Shown piece by piece: positions 58,901-64,000 of a stretch of 64,000 bases of DNA. Each line of letters begins with the position of its first letter. The first letter of the stretch is position 1. This DNA comes from Bacteroidota bacterium (GTDB lineage Bacteria > Bacteroidota > Ignavibacteria > UBA10030 > UBA6906): NCBI GenBank assembly GCA_031402435.1, contig JANNSJ010000015.1:132288-196287 (forward strand), written 5' to 3'. The notes beneath the pieces are model-generated. The model was not told the origin of the DNA. It made no database searches and worked only from the letters and a program-made list of their open reading frames with translations. The translations under genes and the position numbers were made by a program.

Positions 58901-58931
58901 CTTTCACAATACAAATCATTTAGGTGCTTTC

Positions 58932-59204
58932 ATGGCAAAAGTCGTAGGCAAGAAGAAACCGCAACGGCTAAAGGGATTCCGGGAGGGATCCATCCCGCTT
59001 GCAAAAGAGAACTATGTGATCATGGGTGTTGGTATTGCCGTCATTGTAGCCGGTTACTTGGCAATGCTCGAGGGTTCGATAGAAGGGTTTCTCCCGCTGG
59101 TTGTCTCGCCAATCCTTCTCGTGGTTGGATACTGCGTGATCATTCCATTGGGAATACTCTACAAGAAATCTCGCACTCCTTCCGGGGAAGTCAGTTCCAG
59201 CTAA
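58932..59204 (+). CDS. DUF3098-like small membrane protein
   Basis: MAKVVGKKKPQ..F..AKENYVIMGVGIAVIVAGYLAM plus a second TM; pattern common in Bacteroidota. Confidence 0.55.
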   Translation: MAKVVGKKKPQRLKGFREGSIPLAKENYVIMGVGIAVIVAGYLAMLEGSIEGFLPLVVSPILLVVGYCVIIPLGILYKKSRTPSGEVSSS

Positions 59205-60281
59205 CAGTCGGATAACTCTGATCACGATTCTTGATTGGGGTGTTCTACCCTAGATGCCCTGTGGCCGCAATTGAAATCGCTGAGCACGCCTGCACAATCG
59301 ATCTTCCAACACGTGACGTGCGACTGTTTGCTTCTGATCATGTTTCATGTAAGAACACACTTCCCAACTTCCACGGCAACATCCAGATACGTTCTTTCCA
59401 CCTTCGGGATGTCGAAGGGAGGAGCGAGCGACGCCGCTAGTCAATTCCTTGTATAGCAAAGCATTGTGTTTAGCGGCTGGTTGGAGAAGCTAATGGCCAA
59501 CAATTGCCTTGCAGACCCTGATCTCCAATTCCTCGACCGAGTCATAGCGCATTCCTTCGATGATCTCCCACACAAATTCCCGGCTCACGTTCAGGTCATG
59601 TGCAATTTCCGATGCAATATCTATCGTAGCCTTGAACATCGCTTTGCCCTCCACATTTTGTGCAATTAATAATGCACCAAAAGGCTTGCCAAAAATAGTT
59701 TTGTTCAATATCGAATCAAAAGTAGAAACCGTGAAAACTGGGGGGGAAGGAATGACACCAATAGCGTAGTTTGGTATTGCCAAATTGGTTGAAACGCGGA
59801 CTTTACATCGTGGAAACCAATCCGCACTTGTCGTTAATGATAATGATACGAAGGTGAAGATGAGGAATGCCGTGCATGTTGTTCTTAGATAGGTATTTCG
59901 CACTTGACATTCTTGAGCGCATTCGCTACGTTTACCGTGTAATTGTGCTTTCGGTCTGGCTTGTGCCGATCAAAAGTGACCTTCACTTTCTTGGTGATTT
60001 CCCGCTGGACCACGGAACAAAATGCGCAATGTTGATTCTCGGCCTGATCCATGATGTTGATGAGCGAAGTCCCCACCTATATGCTTGCTGTGTGTATGAG
60101 CGAGATGCTGGCCTCTTGCGCCTGCTGGCAATTCGATATCACATATGGCAAGACCAACCTGAAGCTTGTACAACATACGTAACGCATGTGACCGATGAAC
60201 GGTCAAAGTTTTCCCGGCTGTGATAACGTTTTTGGTTTTGCAATGTGAAAGAACATCATTGAACCTTGATGCAGGGATCCC

Positions 60282-60986
60282 GTGCCAACGTTTCGCTTTA
60301 GACATGATGTTGCAGCCAAGGTGACGAATGCTGCAAAAAAAGTTGATGACAAGAACCCGGAGGATGTCAAGGAAAAGAATCCTTCTAGCGGCGCCACAAG
60401 AGAGAAAATTGTGCCGGGTGTCGAAGCAACAATACCGGAGTCTTCCGGGGTAGTAACAGCAGAACCCGACAACCAGAATGCCTTCGTTGCTAAAGGTGAT
60501 CAGACAGAAACAGTTACGACAGAAGACACGGCGACGACTGAGAGTGAAGCGATACAACAAGCCGTTGAACCCGCGTCCGATGAAAACACCATAGATATGA
60601 AAAATCCGTTCGCAGATGAAATTTCTGCTCCCGATCAGGTTGCAGTTGAAATGATCTCTGATATTGTGGTAACAGAGAGTGCTTCAACAGGCGATGTAGC
60701 TATCACAGATGCGGCAGCTCCTGATTTCGACAATCTGTTTGGCGATCCACTTTTTGTGCAAACGTCAGAAGGACTCTCTTCGTGTGAATTGGAACCTTCG
60801 ATCACCGATGAGAACACTGGTCTGGTCAGCGAGCTTAAGACAGAATTGATGAAGGAATTGAGAGAAGAATTGAAAGACGAATTGCGAGCTGAAATCAAGG
60901 AAGAGCTCAAGGCTGAATTGAAGGCAAAGCTGAAAGTAGAACTTAGAAGCAAACTAAAAAACGATTCCGGAACCGAAGAAAGTTAA
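60282..60986 (+). CDS. Acidic low-complexity protein with C-terminal EELK/AELK heptad-like repeats
   Basis: Asp/Glu/Thr-rich body. C-terminus ELMKELREELKDELRAEIKEELKAELKAKLKVELRSKLK. GTG start uncertain. Confidence 0.45.
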   Translation: MPTFRFRHDVAAKVTNAAKKVDDKNPEDVKEKNPSSGATREKIVPGVEATIPESSGVVTAEPDNQNAFVAKGDQTETVTTEDTATTESEAIQQAVEPASDENTIDMKNPFADEISAPDQVAVEMISDIVVTESASTGDVAITDAAAPDFDNLFGDPLFVQTSEGLSSCELEPSITDENTGLVSELKTELMKELREELKDELRAEIKEELKAELKAKLKVELRSKLKNDSGTEES

Positions 60987-61042
60987 CCTGGATTCGCGCA
61001 AGGGATGAAAACCGGATCCAGTCCTCTGAAAGGAGTCATGTT

Positions 61043-61780
61043 GTGGCAATACCGATAATACCTCAAATACTGACTCAGGCCGACTGGGATCGCCAGAAGG
61101 GTCTTCTTGCGAAGATGGCTGGTGAGACCGGTATCGGAGCGCAAATGAACAAAGTAAAGGCCGCATACAATGCCGTTGACTGGGGCAAGTTTGATGCGAA
61201 GATTGCGTGCCAGAATACAAAGGACGTAACAGTGGTCGAGAGCGCTCTTGCGGATGCAAAGGGCGAGTACGCGAAAGTTGAAACCGTGAGAAAGGAATTG
61301 CGGTCACTTGAGGCCATTGCAAGGAAAACGCAGGCAAAGTTCAAGAGCAACCGTGCGATACCAAGCTCGTCAACCGATCATGTTGGGAAAATTGCAAAGG
61401 CAGCAGATCAGATGACCGTCGCCTGCAAGAGCATGGACGCGGAGTTCAAGTCGTTTGAGGAAATGAAGAAGAGAATTGTGGAACTTGGTGAGGTGTCCAA
61501 GAAAGCCCTTCAGTCGTATCTTGTGAAGTGTCAGGGAGGGATATCACAGGTGAATGCAAAACCGACAGACGAAAGTTTTGAAAAATTCTGGAAGGAAAAT
61601 ATTCGAGGTCTTTCGGCGGCGTTGGCATTGCAAAAGGACTTGTCTGAACACCATGGTGCTTGGAAAACCATGAGCAGCGATTCGTTCAAACCAAAGAAAG
61701 GCGCTGATGCAAATACCATCAAGGCGAAGGTAAAGCAAGTTGAGTCCGCATTGAATAAGCTCAAAACCGCAGTCAAGTAG
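61043..61780 (+). CDS. Hypothetical alpha-helical Ala/Lys-rich protein
   Basis: 245 aa. GTG start with aaaggag SD 8 nt upstream. No recognisable family. Confidence 0.55.
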   Translation: MAIPIIPQILTQADWDRQKGLLAKMAGETGIGAQMNKVKAAYNAVDWGKFDAKIACQNTKDVTVVESALADAKGEYAKVETVRKELRSLEAIARKTQAKFKSNRAIPSSSTDHVGKIAKAADQMTVACKSMDAEFKSFEEMKKRIVELGEVSKKALQSYLVKCQGGISQVNAKPTDESFEKFWKENIRGLSAALALQKDLSEHHGAWKTMSSDSFKPKKGADANTIKAKVKQVESALNKLKTAVK

Positions 61781-61833
61781 AAGAGGGTTACCATCGTAGT
61801 ACTCGAGAGTGAAATAGTGAACAGGCACAAAGC

Positions 61834-63180
61834 GTGAAACTTCAGAAAGTCCAGTGGAAGGATGGCGATGTCATCACCGAGCAGCACTTCCGCAGTCTTG
61901 AGTCGTGGAGCGAGATGACACATGCGGTTCTTGCAACACAAGCGTCAGGTCACGGGTTGTTGCATGTTGTCGCGGCAGAGGGTGTGTGTAACGATTGTTC
62001 TTCGGTGGCAGTGAAGAACCTGCAGGGTACACAATACCAGATCACGCTTCAACGGTTCCAGGGTATTACCAGCAAGGGGAGAATTGTTTCCCTGTTCGAT
62101 ATGCAACAGTTTGACGTCAACCTGCGAACGACCGAACGTGACAGCGATGGCTTCTTTGTTCTCTTCCTGATCCCTGTGGAAGGTGAAGGAGGTGGTTCAA
62201 AAGGGGGCGATGTGACGAGTGGTGAACCCGTTCTCTATGAACCACTCTACAAAGCTCAGGTCACCGATGAAGGTCACGACGGTTTGTGTGTTGGCCGGTT
62301 CAAAGCGGATGGCGCAATCATTGCACACGATCCGAATTTTCTTCCGCTTTGCTATACGATCAACGCCTCGCCGCAAAGCCTGCGGCGTTTTGAATCCATC
62401 GGAAAGACCTACCAGCGGCTAATGGATTCTCTCGAGGCCTATGTAAAGGCGCTTGTGAATCGTAAGGGTCTTGAACCCATCTGGGTGTTCTCAGTTGAAT
62501 TGTTCAGGCTCCTCAACCGGCACAAATCGATACTCTCCAACAGCAATCAACAGTCGCAAGTGTACTTTGTTTCCATCCAGGCACTCATTGACGCAATTGT
62601 CGGTGAACTGAAATTACTTGCGTCTGAATACAAGGAAGCGAAGCTTCTTGCCGATGTGCACTCTGCGATCGACCACCTTTCACATCCATTGTTGACGGTT
62701 TCGCTTGACATGAACATGACGCGACCCTATGACGTGGTGAAGGATGCCATTGATGAGGTCGCTCACCTGTTGAGCCGTTTCCCTGAGGGTCCGGCGGTCG
62801 AGGCATCGCTTGCGATCAAGGAAATGACGTTCAGCAAGGGCACTGCATATAACAAACTGGTAATTCAGTTCGTCGAAGAGATCCCGTATTCCAGGGAACA
62901 AAGTAAACTCCTCTTTAAGTTAAGGGATTTCTCAACGCGCGAGCCCTCCACTTGGGATATCCGTCTTGCTCTTGGTGGTGATATGCCGTACGGCAGTCTG
63001 CCGCAGTTGAACAACCTGTTGAAGCGCGTCGGCTCGGACGAGTTTGATTTCCGGATTGAATGTCCGGGTGAGGTCATTGGCACCGGCAAGATGCGTCAGT
63101 TAACGATGTACCTGCCCCCACCTCTTGGCGAAAGCGTTGACACACCCAGGGCGCGGGTCACCGTTTCCATGGTTTCATGA
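61834..63180 (+). CDS. tssK: TssK-like protein (type VI secretion baseplate subunit family, VasE)
   Basis: 448 aa (typical TssK size). N-terminus KVQWKDGDVITEQHFRS resembles the TssK consensus (W.EGMFLRPQHFQ). Internal DPNFLPLCYTINASPQSL resembles the E. coli TssK segment DPRFIPPLLTLSASPSLM. Confidence 0.55.
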   Translation: MKLQKVQWKDGDVITEQHFRSLESWSEMTHAVLATQASGHGLLHVVAAEGVCNDCSSVAVKNLQGTQYQITLQRFQGITSKGRIVSLFDMQQFDVNLRTTERDSDGFFVLFLIPVEGEGGGSKGGDVTSGEPVLYEPLYKAQVTDEGHDGLCVGRFKADGAIIAHDPNFLPLCYTINASPQSLRRFESIGKTYQRLMDSLEAYVKALVNRKGLEPIWVFSVELFRLLNRHKSILSNSNQQSQVYFVSIQALIDAIVGELKLLASEYKEAKLLADVHSAIDHLSHPLLTVSLDMNMTRPYDVVKDAIDEVAHLLSRFPEGPAVEASLAIKEMTFSKGTAYNKLVIQFVEEIPYSREQSKLLFKLRDFSTREPSTWDIRLALGGDMPYGSLPQLNNLLKRVGSDEFDFRIECPGEVIGTGKMRQLTMYLPPPLGESVDTPRARVTVSMVS

Positions 63181-63199
63181 AATATCATTCGATGAATTA

Positions 63200-64000
63200 T
63201 GCATCAGGCTTCAACTGACATAGGAAGAGACTTCACGCTCAAGTACGAATCGATTGTGAAGCATCTTGTCTCGCTGGAAATGACAGGGCGCGTTGCTGAT
63301 GAACATGGCTTCGCCTCAACGCTTGCGGAGTACTTTGACTTTATGAAGAACCTGCCCGAGATGCTTGCGGGGTCAGACTTTGGCTACACCGCCCTCTACG
63401 AAGTGGATCGTGTACTGGAAGGGTTTTACTCGGAAGCGGCAATGCAACTCTACCAGGAAAGGCCGAAGGAGATGCGCAGTATCGTCATAGACTTCTCTGC
63501 CCTTCTGCAGAAGTTTTATCTCATGCCTAAACTGACGCAAGTCGATGGACGCTACGGCAAGCTTCCAGGCGTCGAGCGATTCTATGCGAATTGGAAAGAG
63601 GATCTCGGACGTGATCTCAACGGTGCGAAACCGGCAACGGAGTACGAACGCGTTTGCGCTGTCGCCGATGTTCTGGTCAAGAGGACTGAACTCAGCATCG
63701 AAGTGCGCTATTTTCTTATCTCCAAACTCGGCGAGATTGTTGTAACCCTGGGAGTTGATCTGGATTTTGTACAGAGCCGCCTTCGCAACTTTGCCGATCA
63801 CATCGCCAGCCGGGAGCCGTTTGAAGACAGCGTTGTTGGAGGGGAGGTACTGTTGAACCTCCAGGTGCTGAAAACACTTGGACATGACATGAAGAGTTCA
63901 GGTATTCCCGTGGATAGCCTCGCAAAGGCAATGCGTTATTGGAGCAGCCGGGACCAGTTTCTTGACACCATGTTCAAAAGATGGAAATGGACTTGGCTCA
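63200..64000 (+). CDS. Hypothetical protein, 5' partial view (ORF continues beyond window end)
   Basis: Open frame from ATG 63200 to the window edge (>266 codons). MHQASTDIGRDFTLKYESIVKHLVSLEMTGRV... Not in the supplied ORF track, presumably because no stop lies within the window. Confidence 0.5.

Noticed and set aside
59970-60560. Minus-strand ORF 59970..60560 (196 aa) as a real gene
   Set aside because: Its N-terminal third overlaps the plus-strand acidic-protein gene and reads as low-complexity Cys/Phe-rich antisense. Only the C-terminal His-rich part might be a gene remnant; this is reported as a finding instead.
63373-63885. Minus-strand ORF 63373..63885 (170 aa)
   Set aside because: It lies antisense to an uninterrupted plus-strand frame running from 63200 to the window edge, co-directional with the upstream TssK-like gene.

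Overview
This ~64 kb window is a chromosomal segment from a Gram-negative bacterium, probably FCB-group (Bacteroidota/Ignavibacteriota-like). The evidence for that placement is a T9SS C-terminal sorting domain on a secreted metzincin, an ORF6N protein and a DUF3098-like small membrane protein. Coding density is high and most genes are on the plus strand.

Core content (symbols given only where the family is recognised):
- Housekeeping: proS, an aldehyde dehydrogenase, dnaE, trxA, aspS, prfB, nadD and rnhA.
- Envelope: an alpha-2-macroglobulin gene near pbpC, and a lolCDE-like ABC system.
- Two tRNAs: tRNA-Ala(GGC) and tRNA-Arg(CCU).
- A polysaccharide-biosynthesis locus with six GT2 glycosyltransferases (five in tandem), a Wzx-like flippase and two SAM methyltransferases.

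prfB carries the canonical programmed +1 frameshift site CUU UGA C.

Accessory and unusual content:
1. A ~5.6 kb variable region lies between a CorC/HlyC-family gene and a SAM-methyltransferase gene. It is subdivided by partial direct duplications of the flanking gene ends: three copies of the corC 3' end and two of the methyltransferase 5' end. The segments carry a yefM-yoeB toxin-antitoxin pair, an MDR oxidoreductase, two tandem PD-(D/E)xK nuclease-like genes (candidate defence module), an NTF2-like secreted protein and an unknown secreted protein. No recombinase is visible.
2. The same signature appears at tRNA-Arg. A duplicated 5' half of the tRNA plus its upstream sequence flanks a 2.3 kb islet encoding an adenylate cyclase-TPR protein.
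3. At the 3' end of the window an apparently orphan TssK-like (T6SS baseplate) gene is embedded among unrecognisable proteins. No other canonical T6SS components are in view.

All functional calls are from motif recognition by eye. No database search was possible.
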